Source: a virus
Taxonomy: Duplodnaviria > Caudoviricetes
DNA: 64,000 bases
Direction: 5' to 3' (one strand)
Virus record (IMG/VR): IMGVR_UViG_3300014039_000541
Location: 32,001-96,000 of that record
Positions 25,701-41,121 of this stretch are shown in pieces. A program made the position numbers and the translations under genes. The first letter of the stretch is position 1; each line of letters starts with the position of its first letter. A model generated the notes under the pieces. That model worked only from the letters and a program-made list of their open reading frames with translations. It ran no database searches and was not told the DNA's origin.

Positions 25701-26603
25701 GAATGATAGAGTGCTTGAATCATAATTATCTTCCGTTAACGTATAGCAATTTCCATGTTCATTTAATTTTAAATCTTTATTATATAAAACATTTGAAGCC
25801 TCTATGTTACCAATGTTATCTGTTTTTATATATAAATTATCAATATATAATTTCTAATTTGTTTTAAATCCTATATAATTTGTTCCATTTGATATAACAT
25901 CTAATGAATTTCCTGATGTTTTTAAACTTAATAATTCTTTATTGCCAGCTATATTATGTGTATATTTATGAATATCCTTGCCATTATTTAAATATGTATA
26001 TGTGGTATCATTTTTTATATTACATTTAATAGGTATTTCAGAATTTTCATCTATTACAACTATATCTTCATTATAGTTATTAATATCCATTACAGATGGC
26101 TTATTCTTATTAATATCTGTTATTCTTGTTATAGTCACAGGATAATCATTATATAATTCATTAGCAATAAACATTCCATTCTTTAATTCTCGTGTTGAAC
26201 CAGAACCAACAATATTTAATTTATGATGTTTGTTTTCATCAACCATAAATGGATGAGTATATGAAATATGCTCTAATAACTATGTGGATGTACATGTTGT
26301 TAATTCATCTGTTACTTCTATTATATAATCTATAGATGAATCAACAGAATCTTTATGTCGAATATACAATAAATCTCCAACATTATATTTTGGATTTAAT
26401 CTTAATTCATCTTTAGCATATGTTATATCATACTCTTTATCATCATAATCAATAGAACTATTTTTTAATGTACTTGTATCAAGATATGTGAAGAATGATT
26501 CTAATGTTCCAAAATATATAGAATTTCCAGACTTACCTTGCTTACCTTGCTATCCTGTAACACCTATACCAGGTAATCCATGTTTATATATATAATTTTC
26601 CAT
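22704..26603 (-). CDS. Large TAG-recoded structural protein (about 1299 aa) with short N-terminal collagen-like motif
   Basis: Five fragments between 23232 and 26246 lie between ATG 26603 and TAA 22704 in a shared frame; N-terminus GLPGIGVTGQQGKQGKSG. Confidence 0.7.
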
Positions 26604-26608
26604 TTTCA

Positions 26609-27763
26609 TCAATTATTCTTTTTTAATCCTGATATTGTTCGGTCTTTAATATTTACATATGATTCCAATCCATTAATCAAAGACACGGTAACATTAGGTA
26701 AATCATTATATTTAACTTTATTGATTAAGTCATTTAATTTTACATAATCATAATTCTATACAATATTATAATCATATATTTTATCATAACATAATCGGAA
26801 ATCCTAAAATTCTTTATTCTAAAAATGCAATATAGTATTATTTGTTTTATCTTCCAGAATTTTATTAAAACTATTTAGTGAATCCTAATTTTTATAATTC
26901 TATGGTACAGATATTTTATATACAACACCATAATATATTACAGATGAATCATTATGTGTATAATTATATATTGATGCGTCTATATTACATGCAACGTTTT
27001 TACACATACTTATAAAATCTGTAATATTTTTATTATTAGTTTGTTCTACTGTATATACAGGCGAATAATCATTAGTCTTTACTGTATTTGTATTATTATA
27101 TTTTGTATAAACATTTGCATCAAGATATATTGGATAATTTGAACTTAACATAAATCCGTTATATTTTTTACTAAACTTTATATCAAGATTCATATCATGT
27201 TCGCCACTATACATTGATTTCATACTAATATAATTAACATCCTTATTACCTATATCATCTTTCTGTATTATTGATAATAAACCATTTCCTGTTGTATTAT
27301 CATTTTGGTCACATATAGTAAGTTTATTTGATCTTAATGAACCATTCGCATCACCAAATAATACTTCTTTAATTACCTTACCTTTCTCATCTGTAATATT
27401 TTTATTTTCAAACGTACCTATTTGTGTAATTATTTTTTCTATATCCTAATTGGTTACACTTGTACCGTTTTTTATTACTCTTATTAATTCATTTATATCT
27501 TGTAACATAAATACTTTTCCTTCAGGATCAAAGAACTAATCATTATTAACAAATTTTCTGTTTAATAAAATATCTTTTGTCTTTAATGGTAATAATCTTG
27601 AAGTAATTTTCTATGCAAATCCAGTGAACTCACCAGGAAGTGTGTATTCACTGAAGAATAAACTACTTCCTGGCGTTCCTTGCTCACCGTCTTTACCTTG
27701 TATACCATAAGTGGCAATACCTGGTGCATATGTATCATTATGAAATCTCTAAGAAATCTGCAT
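26609..27763 (-). CDS. TAG-recoded structural protein (384 aa) with short N-terminal collagen-like motif
   Basis: Starts MQISQRFHNDTYAPGIATYGIQGKDGEQGTPGSS; ends at TGA 26609. Confidence 0.7.
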
Positions 27764-27768
27764 ACTTT

Positions 27769-30700
27769 TTATCGCTTATAAATTTTAACTGTTGGATATA
27801 TATTCTTACCAGTTGTTTCATTAATCACAATAGTTAGAGTATTTAAATTTTCTTTTGGTTCTATATTTGTAGAATAATTTTCATACTTATAATATGTGTT
27901 TAAATTAGCTGGTTTTTCAGTTACTATATTTATATTTGAATTTGGTTCTGTGTCTTTTGCATAAAGTTCAACTTCAATATTTGACTATGCATTATAATAT
28001 ACTGATAATGTATGATTTATATAATTTTTCTAACCTGTATATTGAGAATCTTTAAAATAATTCCAATTTTCATTAAATGATTCATTATTTATAAAATGAT
28101 TAAATATTGCGGATGTTAAATTTATAGTTATAACTGTATTACCTTGATTAATATCAGAAATATTATATGAAGAATCTGAATAATTAACAGATAATATGTC
28201 ATTCGCAGTAGGATAAACAAATTTATTAATTAATATATAATCATTATGAATAACCATACAGTGTGAACCTAAGAATGATTTATCATCAATTCCTGTTTTA
28301 TGTCCATCAATACTTATATAATCATTTTCATTAAGATATTTACGATAATAATTATTATCCCATGTCGCGCTTAATAATGAACGATTATCTACTAAATAAT
28401 AATTTTTATTTAATCTCTATAAATTAGTGTCTTCAAATACTTTATTACCTGGATAATTCTGTATTCTATTAATATTTTTTATTTTTGTATTAGATTGCAA
28501 TAAATCAACATTAAGAATATCTCGTAATTCATCATCTATATAAAAATCAACCATATTATTCGTATTAGGTGTAAACCATCCGTAATTAAATTTAATCTAA
28601 TTAGGTATTGATAATGTAAATATTAATGGATTATATTCTTCTGTATTATGTATTAATTTAACATCTGCTTTTTCTGGGATAATATATACATCAATATCAT
28701 TAGTAAATGTATCAACATATCGTTTTAACTTATCCTTCGGTGTTTCTAATGATATTAATTTTGATATATACTTCTTAAAATGTGTTAAATTAGTTCCTGT
28801 TATCAATTTCGTGTTAGTTAATAAGTTTGTTTTATCATTTTTATATGATATAATAAACTAATCACTATTAAGAATATTTGATAATTTTATATTGTTAACA
28901 TTATTTACATTATTTTGTTTCTTTATAGTTAATCCTAATTTATTTTCATTTAATGTTATTAATTTCGGATTTAATACATTTGTTATATTTAAATGCTAAC
29001 TTATATTTTTTCCTATAGTTGTAGTACGTCTTATAACATTTTCAAGGATCTATTTAGCTGTATGATTATATTCACCATCTGCCTTTGTAATAATATACGC
29101 ATGACTATTACTTGATATTGAATTTACATGAGTTAATGTACCTGGATAATCAATATACTCATAATTTGTTAATACACCAATATCATTATAATTATTAACA
29201 GAAACATATTCATTACAATCAACTGAATTTTCCATATTAAATGAAACAAACTATGGTAAATTAGTTGATAATGTTGTATTTACTATCGGTACATCATACT
29301 ATGTAAATAATGAAGACCATAAATTATGTTCATCTATTAATGACATTAATTGTTTATGAAAATTATTTTTCTTATGAGCATGAATACCATTATTCATACA
29401 GTTAAGTGTCCTGAAATCAATATCATATGGTGCGTTAAGAACTGCATAATCAGCATAACTCTAATATTCATTTGTTGTAACATTCTTTATGTTAGATGTG
29501 CCTTCATGTGCATAATCAATATAGAACTAATGATTAATCAATAAGATGAACCTTTCTTTTAACGATATATAAATCTCATTAGTTTTTGATAAATCATAAT
29601 CGGTTAAAACAAATGCTTCAAACCCTGAATAATCTTCAAGATGAATATAACTATTAACAACCTTTGTATTTAACTTAATATTAAATTTAATACCAGAAAA
29701 TATAAACTCAAGACTTTTAATATTAGAATTATAATATACAGATGCTGTATCAATATTAGTATTATCTATCAATAATTTTTTAATGGAATGCTGTACAGAA
29801 CTGTTTAATATACTTTCCTTATATGTAATTGATTCATTATTAATATACAATATATTATCTACTTTATTAGTTACATATTGATTTGTATCATAATCTGCTA
29901 CATTATAAGTATTTTCACAGAAATTACCATTAAATTCATAATTTTCATTTAATGTATTAACATCTAATATGTTATTATTATCATAATATTGTCCATTAGA
30001 TTTCCATAAACATTGTACAGATGGAACAATAGGATATAATAATTCACTATTACCTGTATTATTAGGATTTGCAAAATAATTATTTGATTTTAATTCTGGA
30101 ATTACAGTATCATAATTATATTCCTAATATTTTTGTTTGTCTGCTATTTTTAATTTAGTATTTTCTATAACAGATATTGAATTCAAATTATTTACGTTTA
30201 TAGTTGTACTTATATATGCTGTTTTAGAAGGTGTTATTATAAATGTCGTTCCTTTAGACACATTTACTTTATTGAATTTAAGTTTACCATCTAAAACTTC
30301 ATACATCACTCCATGTTGTATTCTATAATCCGTTTCATCTGTTGCAATAGTTTCACCTGCCGGAATATCAATATATAAATTATCCTCATTATGTAATGTT
30401 CTGCTTAAATCAATAGTTGTATCTATATCTTTAATATTAGTAATACCCATTATAGCAACTGCGATTTCTGTAGGTTTATACAAATGAATCTTATTAGTTA
30501 TTAATAACGAAGGATTAATAGTAGAAATCATGCATGTATTTACATCATATGGATTTGTTATTACACATAAATCCTATGTTTTATTAATAAACTACTATTG
30601 ATTATCTAAACTATAATTCTTATAATTATCTGGTTCCCATACGTTATTTCTCAAATATCCATTTGTAATATTAAATACATTAACTGTATCATAAATACCA

Positions 30701-33700
30701 TTTGTGTTATAAATTAATGGATACTTAATTTTATTAACTAAGTCACTAATATCTGTATTAACAGAATATGTATAATTAAGTTCTTTTGTAGATTTAAACT
30801 TAACAACATTATTGTAACGCCAACCTAATGTTTCAAAACAATAATTGGAGAATGCACAATAATAATTATCAAAATAATCTGATTGATTTGTCAATGCATG
30901 CATTTCATAAGTTATATTACTATTAAAATATGAAATAGTATCATCTTTAATATTAACAGGATCTTCTGATTCAACATAACAATGTAAATCACTTATATTA
31001 TTTAAATAATTATGTTCAAAATTATTATCTATATTCTTTATCCAATCATTTTCATTATCATCCGGTTGTATATCATTTTCAATATATTTAATACCATTAT
31101 GTTTAATAAATGAAATACTGTTATTATATTCTTTATTTGTTGTATATAATGATGATACAAGACCATTTACTTTATCAAATCCAAAATAATCATAATGAAA
31201 ATCATCAAACTTTGGTGTTAATATATGTTGAACATACATATTATCATATGATGAAATTATAGAAATACTCTTATCATTATAAGATCCAACTTTAATTATA
31301 TTAGTATTAAATTTCTCAATACATTTTATAATACGATTAATCTGTACATCTAATGTTGCAGTTATATCATTATATTCCAAATCCTATGAATAAAATGAAA
31401 TTCTATAGAAATAAGTATTTTCAGAATATCTACATTTCTATTTGGTAACATATGGATTTATATTATAATCAGTCTCTAATAATCTATCATCATTTGATGC
31501 AATTATTTCATATACAATATGTTCAGTTGTAAACTTATTCGTTTCATATGTATTACCAGCATTAGTAACAGAAGATTTAATAGGATAATCCTATGCAATA
31601 AATTTAATATGTTCACCACATTCAATAGGTTTATTGAAATGTAATATTATAAAACTTTTATCAGTATCTTTATCTATCTTAATTTCTGATGAATCTAATG
31701 ACATTAAATTTGAGTCTGGAGTATTAGTGACATAATTCTTAAAGAAATTCTTTAAATCAATATCAGTCTAAACTCTACCCACATTATTATTTGTTATTGC
31801 GAAGAATAATCTATCATAATATTTCTTATCGAATATTACTTTATAAATATTCTCATCTCCTTTATAAATATCACCATTTTCATCATATTTAGTTAATACT
31901 GTATTTCCTGTACTATTCTTAGAAGAAACAACATAACCATAATTAATGAAATCATTTGCAGTTAAATATAATCCAAAATAACGATGCATAGAATATTCTT
32001 CCATATCATTATCATCAAACATAAACTCAAGGTTTATAATATTGGAATATATAAGATTATGTCTTTCAAAACCAGCAATAATATAATTATTAAACATTTC
32101 TTGTTTATTAGCTATATCTGAATTTAATATTTTAGATCCAAAATATGTTGTCTCTGACTAATTAACAAGAATGCCTCTATCTACTGATATACCTTTCCAT
32201 ATATTATTGCCTTGTCTATAATAAGGAGAATTCTAATTATAATCCTGTTCAATAAATTGCAAATAACATTGTCCATAATTAGACAACATATTCTTATAAT
32301 TATTAAGGTATTGTCCAATAGATGTTGTTGTTCTTAAATCAAATGTCTTTATAACCTTTGATTCTTTAATTAATTTCTTTAATTTTTCTGTATCATTAAT
32401 TCCTTCACCTGAATATGTCTCTTCATTAAATATATCATCATATCTGAATATCGCGAAGAATTCTGGTACATTATTTCCTATATGTAATGGCGCGAGAATC
32501 TTCATATTTTCAGAATAAAGACTATCTGTATTTGTTTCTGCACCATATTCATACATTGTTTCATATTGATCTTTATAATCAGTATAAACCTTATGTGCTT
32601 TCAGAGAATTTTCTGGTAATCCAAATAAATTTTTAATAGGAATTTTACTGAATACCTTTTTTATATCTCTTGGATAATTACCATCAGATGAAATAGGGTA
32701 TTTACGAACATTCTTATTATTTAATACAGCATTAGCTTTAAATGTATCAAGATATAAGTTATAATCTTTATCTACAACTAATTTAATATTTCCAGATAAC
32801 TTTGGATTTGCTCTTAATAACATTGATGAATGATGTTGTGTATTAAGTTCATAACCTTTATTATCATAATTTGTTAGATGCTTTTCATTTTCATCATTAG
32901 TAACTATTAATCGTCCGTTTATTTTATTGCTAGATTTATCAGTAATAGTTAAAACAATATCTTCTGATGAGCTAATAGGATAATCATCATCTAAACTTAT
33001 TGTAAATATACCAGGTTCTATCCTATTTTCAAATATAATATTATTATCTGTTTTATTTATGAAATCATTAATATGAACACCATTAATTCTTAAATAATTT
33101 TTCAAAGCATTATTCTATAATGTTATAATATAATTTGAAGGAGTTTCTGCTTTTGCACGAATATTACTTCCATATACAGATATTTTACTTATAACAGACT
33201 ATGTATTAATATCAGATAGTTTTTTATCTTTTAAAACTATCATATCAGGTACTTGTTCTTTTAATTTATCCTAATCAATTATCAACTAATCTGTAATTTT
33301 GTCAACATATGAAATTTCTAAATTTGCTTCAATATCTGTTAAACTTTTATCGGATACTTCTTTTTCTGTATTTGTATAATCATATACATCTGTTAAATAA
33401 ATATAATTTCCAGATAAAATAGGATATACACCATATCTAGGAATTTGTTTTGTTAAAGGATTCGCACATTCTTTTGTTTCAATACTATGTCCGTCTTCAT
33501 CTATGTCTATTTCATAATTATATAATTTTTCATTATTGTTTATATCGTCATTACCAGTTGCTATTTCATACTTAGGTTTATCTTCATCCGTATTTATTAA
33601 TACATAACGATGATATATAGCTCTATAAGAACTGTCTATACAACTTATACTCTTTTCACCTAATGTTATTAATTTTGTGTTATCAACTATATCATCATTA

Positions 33701-35100
33701 TTAGGATAATCGTTATTATCTTGGACAGGTACACTATAAATTATAGTATCTTTATTATTAATAGTAGTATCATTATACTTATTACATATACGATTACTAA
33801 AATTATACATTTCTTTATAATCATTGAAGAATTCGGTTTCATCCTAATCAAAAAACACGCTTGAATCAAATCGATTATATATTCTATATGAATTATTATG
33901 TGTACAAAAATTCTTGATTATAAAATCATTAATACTAAAGCTATAATTTTCAGCATTATTATGATATATTTTTATATTAGTTCTATATGTCTTAAAAGGC
34001 TCTTTATCATTATTAAACGTAAATGAGCCGTTAATATTAAAAGTATAAAAATCATTCTATGCATCCTTATCAACTTTAGTCGTAATATTTCTATCTTTAA
34101 TATAAGTATTATATACAGTAGGAGACCAGATAAAAACAGGTTTATAATATATAAATTTTAATGGTACTGATTTTTGTTTATATCCTAAATAAGCATTCTA
34201 AGAAACAACACATTCTGTATATGCACTAACAGACAATAATGATTTAGGATCTGTATATATTGCACTAATTTGAAACCTTAATACATTTCGGTCTTCCTAT
34301 ATAAAATTATCAGGTACATACAATAAATTGGTATGTGGTATTAATGTATTATTATCTGTATTATAATCAAATGCTGGTAATAATAATGTATTGTTATTAA
34401 GTTTATCATCTTTCCATTTTGGTAAAGTTATATCCTTAATTGCCTCTTGTAATTTCTGCTCTTCTATATTAATTTTATTATTATTATATAAAATTACGGG
34501 TTTAATAATTAATTTAAATGGAAAGTCACCTATATTTTTATCATATAAATTCCAATTAGTTAATGAATCATTAATATGTGATTTATTATCGCTCCAATAT
34601 ATTTTAACATTAATCTTATAATTTGCAACATAATGATCATCAATATAACCTCCATTAAAATTTGAATTAAATGCACTTGGTAAATCATTACCAATATTTA
34701 CAAATGTACCTTCATCATATGTAGAATCGTCAGAATGAAATAATAAATCACTAAATATATTATTTGCTATATTTTTATTAACATTAATATTATTTAATGG
34801 GAATATATTTCCATAAATTATTTTATTTGAATTTTTCTCTGAATTCTTTCCATAAAAAGGTAATTTATCAAATTTTGCTGTTAATTCCATTTTAACAGGA
34901 TATGGTAAATCACTATTTATATTTTCTTTATCTTTAAACTAAAACGAATCAGGGTCATATACATATCCTAATTTATCTGTATTCATGACAGGAATTGGAT
35001 ATTCTACATCTTCATACCCATTTATTAAAACAGATGAATTAATAACAACATCTCTCTTATTTGGTGTTAACTTAAATAAATATTTCTTTTCTTTTGCCAT
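27769..35100 (-). CDS. Giant TAG-recoded structural protein (about 2443 aa)
   Basis: Ten ORF-track fragments (28030 to 34890) are all in frame with ATG 35100 and TAA 27769. Confidence 0.72.
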
Positions 35101-35141
35101 TTGTATCCTTAAATCAAATTCGTTTCATTATTTATTAGATG

Positions 35142-35186
35142 AAAAAAGAGATATTACTTTTTATATTGAAGTAATATCTCTTTTCA
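35142..35186 (-). terminator. Terminator-like hairpin
   Basis: AAAAGAGATATTACTT...AAGTAATATCTCTTTT inverted repeat. Confidence 0.65.
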
Positions 35187-35202
35187 TTAAAATTATTTTT
35201 AT

Positions 35203-37458
35203 TTAATCATCTTCTGAAACACTAATATCATAATTAATATAATTAATACTTGCAATATCTCCAAGATAACCAACGCTATCAAACTCTTTATCGATAGTAT
35301 CAACTTTATCCTATAATGATATAGAAGTAATTACTTTTGTTCCTGATGATTCATCTGTATTCTCATACGCAATGTTCTTCGCTATATGTTTAAAATACAA
35401 ACCATTAACTGAATTACTATTAGGTATTGTATCATCAAGATGCGAAGTAACTCCAGACGAACTTAATGTATTATTAATAGCGATAGTTAACGCATCATCA
35501 TTTACATCCTTAATTAAATCTGCAATTTCATTTGTTGATGAAAGATTATCAGGAAATGATATAATAATAGAATTAGACCAATCTGATCTTAAAGGATTTG
35601 TTGGATAACCTGCTTCTGATATTGATCTTACTTTAATCTCTACACGTTCACCTTTCTAGATAGGTATATCTATTTGATTAATGTTAACTTCCGTGGAATC
35701 TGCGACATTCTCAACAACCCATTTATAGCCGTTACCATCATTTACTTTTGTCTTCATCTATGACTATGATATATTCCAATCAGAGAATGTACCTGTAACG
35801 CTTGAACCTGTATTCTAATCATTATATGTAAATGTATTTAATAATACAGGTGTATTATCTTCTTTAACATAACGATATGCAATATCAAATCCTATAATTT
35901 CTTCTTGTAATTCAGAATTTCCTATACGTGTTTTCTATACAGGGATAGAAAAGAAACCTCTGATTCTATATTTAGGATCTGTTAATAAGGCACCATTTGA
36001 ACGAACTTCAGACTAAAACGCAGAAACATTACTTGAATAACTAGACTATGCATTCTATAATTCCAATGTTTGTGTGTTTATTTGCTCCTGTTTCGCGTTA
36101 TAATCACTGATGTTAGTAATATTCTATAACTCTGATTTTAAGTCCGCTATGGCAGATTTAAGGCTATCTATCTTTGTCTTATCATCTGCAATAAGAGCTG
36201 CTGTATTCTTAATAGTTGTTGTGTCAATTGCCGCATTAATTTGTGTGTTAACCTATACGACTCTCATATCGGATTCTGATAATGTTGGTGCATTTGGTTT
36301 CTAACCACTCCAAGCGGTAACAGTTCTCTCCTTAGCCTCATCAATCATCTTTGCACCCCAATCAACTACATAATTACTGTAATATTCAGATAATGAAGTT
36401 GTTGATACATTACCATTATTATCTTCATATAAAAGATTATCAGTATCAACTCTAATCGGTGTTGACCATGTATCTCCTTGAAGATTATATGCTTCTGAAA
36501 TACCTTTTACATATATAATATCATATTCATGTGCACCAACTCTTACAGAAATAACTTTACTTCTGAATGGATCTTCATAATAATTAAGTGTCGCATAAAC
36601 ACCTGGCAAAGTCGCTCCTGTAATTCTCTTTAATCTTACCTTACTTGAATTCTGGTTAATCGCTATAATCTCAAATATTGAATCACTATATGATAACTAA
36701 TCTCTAATAGATAACACATTATTTTTCCCCTAATCTATACCTTCGTTTGATATTGTAGAATATGTTATATTATCCAATGTATACCAAACATTACCGTTAA
36801 TAATATCTGGATCCTATATAATCTAGAAAATTCCTGATTTAGTATTTCTTACTAATGGTAGTTGAACAATCTCTTCATCTTCAGAATATGAAATATTATT
36901 ATTAGCTAATAATGATTTCAATGAAAGATAATCCATACCAGATGTTATTTGATTATTATTCCACAATGTTGTAGCTGAATCATCATTAGAATTAAGAATT
37001 ACCCTTACAACCTTAACTCTATCTGCATCATCTTCTATCTATCCTGTTAAATTAATATCGACCGTTAATCCTGGAAACATTAAGTCTTCAAAGAACCAAT
37101 TAGTATCTAATTTAAATGTAGATGGATCTTGTAAACCTGCAATCTATGTCGGTGTCTAAGGAATCGAGCTCAACTTAATAGTTCTTCTTGAACCATCGTT
37201 AAGATTAATTGTTCCTTTACCGGTTGAAAGTGAATTAAGCGAATCTTCAACAGCTTTCAACCTATTAACAATCGAAGCATAACTTGGTAATTGATATTTA
37301 GAATTTGTTCCCTATGTATCTTGATATTCATAAGTTACGAATGTATCATTAGTTGTTAAAGATCTTTGCATAGCGGATAATAATGAAAGTTCATTAGTTT
37401 GCTATGCAATAGTCTTACGCATATTCTCTGCAAAACTGTTTATATTATTTGTACTCAT
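35203..37458 (-). CDS. TAG-recoded structural protein (751 aa)
   Basis: ATG 37458 to TAA 35203 under code 15, in frame with fragment 36301-36609. Confidence 0.7.
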
Positions 37459-37471
37459 CTTATATTATCCG

Positions 37472-39352
37472 TTATTTATTTTCTAATTCTTGTATTCTAT
37501 TATTTAAATCTTGTATATATTTAATCATTAATGGTATCAATGACTCATAATTGACAAATGTTGTTCCTCTCTCATTATCATTTGTTTCATCACCTGTTCT
37601 ATATACTAACTTATCAAATCCAAATCCTTGTAATATATACTATGGTAAATCAATACTTGGATATACATTATTGTTATATGTATAATAATTAACCTAAATA
37701 CCGTTTATAATATCATTTATATTACCATTATCTGTTGTCCATTCACCTAATGCAGTATCAGCTTGTGATTCAACATTAAATATAGGTTTATAAACAGAAG
37801 GAACATTATAAGTATATTCATCATTCAAAATTTTTATTGGAGGCGTATAAGATGAACCTTGATATATAGATGTATTGATAAAATCATTTTTTAAATTATT
37901 AAGTTGAATCTTAATAACATTATTGCCATCGCTTGTAGTTGAATCTGTAGACGTGTCTGTAATAGGTAATATAACATTTGTCTTTACATTCTATGCAATA
38001 ATACCAGATGTTTTTGAGCCATTAAGGTAACCATCTAATTTAGTTTCTAGTTCCTCTAATTTTTGTTTATTTTCATCTGTTAACTTAAGTGTTGTCATAT
38101 AAGCATCTTGAATAGCCATTGTTGACTAAACATTAGTATTCATCACATCAATAGCTCTGTTAAGATTACTAACAACATCAGAAAAATCAACACTATTAAT
38201 AGAAGACATTGTTGTATTATCCTATATCATCGCATCTGTATTATCATATACAGATAAAGTCTTTATATTAACACGGAATGAATAACTATTACCAAAGAAA
38301 TTTGCCTTATTAGGACCTCCAAATGATTTCTTCTTAGTTAATGTAGGAATCTTAATACCTTCTGCTGTACTTTTTGGTGAATCTAAAAATACAATACCAA
38401 AAAGATTTATTGCATATGCTGATTTCGTAGTATCATTCTAATCATAAACACTATAATAAAGAAGAATTGCATTAAAACCAAATTCACATGGTTTTGATGT
38501 AATATCACAGAATTGATCTTTAAACTAATTATTAGCATCAATATTTACATCATCATAAGAATTAATCTATATTTGATTATTTTTGTCATTACAAAAGTTT
38601 CTACAGGCAGTTTGTATCTATGTAATATCCTTTACTATTTCATATGCGTCATTCAACTGATAATTTGAATTATTAACATTATCATATCTAGGTTTTGTAT
38701 CACTTAATATTTTTAATGTATCTACATTATTTGTTCTTCCTTGTAAATGTTCATTATCACCACAATTATATGTATGCCCATATATATAATTAGTTTCTGC
38801 TGAATCCTAAACCTATTTAAAAAATACAGGACCATTACCATAACTAGTTGGAATATTAACATAAGTTTCATTAAACATACCAAATTCTGTACTTAATGAA
38901 TTACCTGCATCTATTGCTCCAAAACATTGAACAGTCCTTGTTTTATAATTGCCGTTATCTCCTTTTTCTCTATAATAAACGTCATTATTCTTTTGATTTC
39001 TCTCTAATGTTAATAAATTATTAATATGTCTATTCTCAAATGATTTTAACCAATGAAAGAAACAACGCTCAGTAACTGTATGGTATTCTTGATAATTATA
39101 CTTATCATCATTTAATAATCTTGTTTCAAGATTCATCATATAATTCTATAAATCAGTTGCAATTGCTATTGATTCCTATTTAAGATCTGTATTACCAAAC
39201 ATTCTTGGAAGATTAAGTAAAGCATAATGTGACATTGCAACACCTGTTGCTCGACTATTTAAATTCAAACCAATATCTTCATTAGCAGATGGGAAAACAT
39301 ATAATGTTGCACCGTTATCTCTCAACGGTCTTAATAAAGGTGTTCTAATCAT
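37472..39352 (-). CDS. TAG-recoded structural protein (626 aa), possible degenerate S74-type C-terminal chaperone
   Basis: Starts MIRTPLLRPLRDNGATLYVFPSANEDIG; ends VNYESLIPLMIKYIQDLNNRIQELENK. Confidence 0.7.
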
Positions 39353-39370
39353 TTTCTTTAAAAATTAATT

Positions 39371-40342
39371 TTATTTTCTCTCTATCATAATATCATCTGC
39401 TGAACGAACTGAATAATCTAATACATCCCAAGATGATCCATATTCATCATCATTGGCAATACATTTCAATGTAATTCTATTTAATTCATCCTTTGATATT
39501 CTTAAAAATTTATTTTCTTCCCTTGATAATACAACTCTATAAAATGCTTTTGATTTACTATCATTAAATCTTAATTTAACTATAGAACCAGGAATTCCAT
39601 TTATAGAAGCAGTATGTTCATCATTTATAGTAACCGTATGATTGTAATCATAATAAGTATATATAAATCCAGATTTAATATCATTGTATTGATATTTTGG
39701 TAAATTCATTCTTTTTAACTAAATAGCAGTTGCAAACAGCATACTCTAATCAAAAGTAAATGACTAAGGTTCATTCAAACTCTACTCAGATGATTTACTT
39801 GCGCCATATAAACCAATATAACCTTGTTCATCAGAATAACTATTACTAAACTATTTCTTTAAACTATCAACACTACTTATAATCTATTCTAATGTATCAG
39901 CCAATGACTAAACGGTTCCATTTCCTAATTCAACACCAATAGCGCCAGAATTATGTGCATACTTATTCATATCTGAATTAATTTTATCATATGGTACAGT
40001 TTTTAATAAGCCACCATCATTATATAAATAACGTCCATTTAATGCATCATGGTTTATACCTTCATTATTACTACCACCAGATCTAATAATCTATTCAAGA
40101 CTTTTTGTATCTTCAACTGAAAACTATTTAGCTGTTATTTTATTAAATACACCAGTATTAGCCTTTACATAAGATTTCTAATCATCTGTATTATCTATAT
40201 TAACTTTAATACATTGTTTATTACTATCATATATATTATCTATATAATCAGATATTGATTGATTATTCTCATTAATAATTCTTGGAAGCTAACCAATCAT
40301 TGTTCTTATAGATATATCATTTAATTTCTCTTTTAAACTCAT
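39371..40342 (-). CDS. TAG-recoded hypothetical protein (323 aa), first gene of the leftward structural operon
   Basis: ATG 40342 reads through TAG codons into fragment 39371-39709 in frame. Confidence 0.72.
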
Positions 40343-40727
40343 CTATATCAAATAAAGATTTTATTTACTTATTTATTTAGAGAAAATCATACATGTCAAA
40401 ATTAAATTGATTATTTAAAATAAATTAAATAAAACTTTATTATATTATATATTTTACTAAACTTTTCTAATAATGTTTATCTATATATAAAATAAAAAAA
40501 TGATATAATAAAGAAAAAATTCTAAATTACATCATCTATATTAATTTCAAAAATATTTTACATTTTCCAAGGATCTACCTTTCTAAAAATATTATTTAAT
40601 AAAAAATTGATCCTACAATATTTATCTCTATAAAAAATAACTATTAAAAAAGAAAGTAACCAAAGAAAAAATAAATTTTCACCAATATTATATTAAATTT
40701 ATAATTTTATATATTATATATAATATC

Positions 40728-41020
40728 TATCTTAACCTTAAATACTAACATATTTATTATACTCAAGTTTTCAGAAAAAGTCTACTTTTTATTTAAATAT
40801 TTTTAATAAATTTTAAAAATAATTTATAACTTACTGATAATCAATATATATTTAACTTAATTTATACAAATTCTAAATAATATTATTAATTTTATAAAAT
40901 TTTAAATAAAAATCTAACTTTCCTACTTTAAATATCTTAACCTCTCAAAATACCAGTATTTATTTTACTTACTTTTGTGAAAAAAGTCTACATTATTTTA
41001 AATTATTTTTTAATTATTTT
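40728..41020 (-). repeat. Two imperfect direct repeats about 205 bp apart, each holding a leftward sigma70-like promoter
   Basis: Both copies share TATCTTAACCT, AAATAC, TATTTATT and AAAAAGTCTAC; minus strand reads TAGACT-N17-TATAAT (40784-40756) and TAGACT-N17-TAAAAT (40990-40962). Confidence 0.6.
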
Positions 41021-41043
41021 TAATGTAATTTTAACTAATAAAA

Positions 41044-41072
41044 TAGACTTTTAATTAAGACTTTAATATAAT
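41044..41072 (+). promoter_or_regulatory. sigma70-like phage promoter (TAGACT-N17-TATAAT) for uvsW
   Basis: Exact hexamers and 17-nt spacer about 50 nt upstream of ATG 41122. Confidence 0.65.
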
Positions 41073-41121
41073 TATGCTATATAAATATAAGAAGAGAAAA
41101 TTATACATATATAAAAGTAAA

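Noticed and set aside
4874-40342. Apparent field of pseudogenes or short ORF fragments
   Set aside because: Fragments are collinear in single frames and break at TAG; they are intact genes under code 15.
40343-41121. CRISPR array or small genes in the long spacer
   Set aside because: Only two degenerate repeat copies and no regular repeat-spacer pattern; no convincing ORF under either code.
41074-41121. Upstream start for uvsW at 41074
   Set aside because: It lies immediately after the predicted -10 hexamer; ATG 41122 has a better A-rich initiation context.
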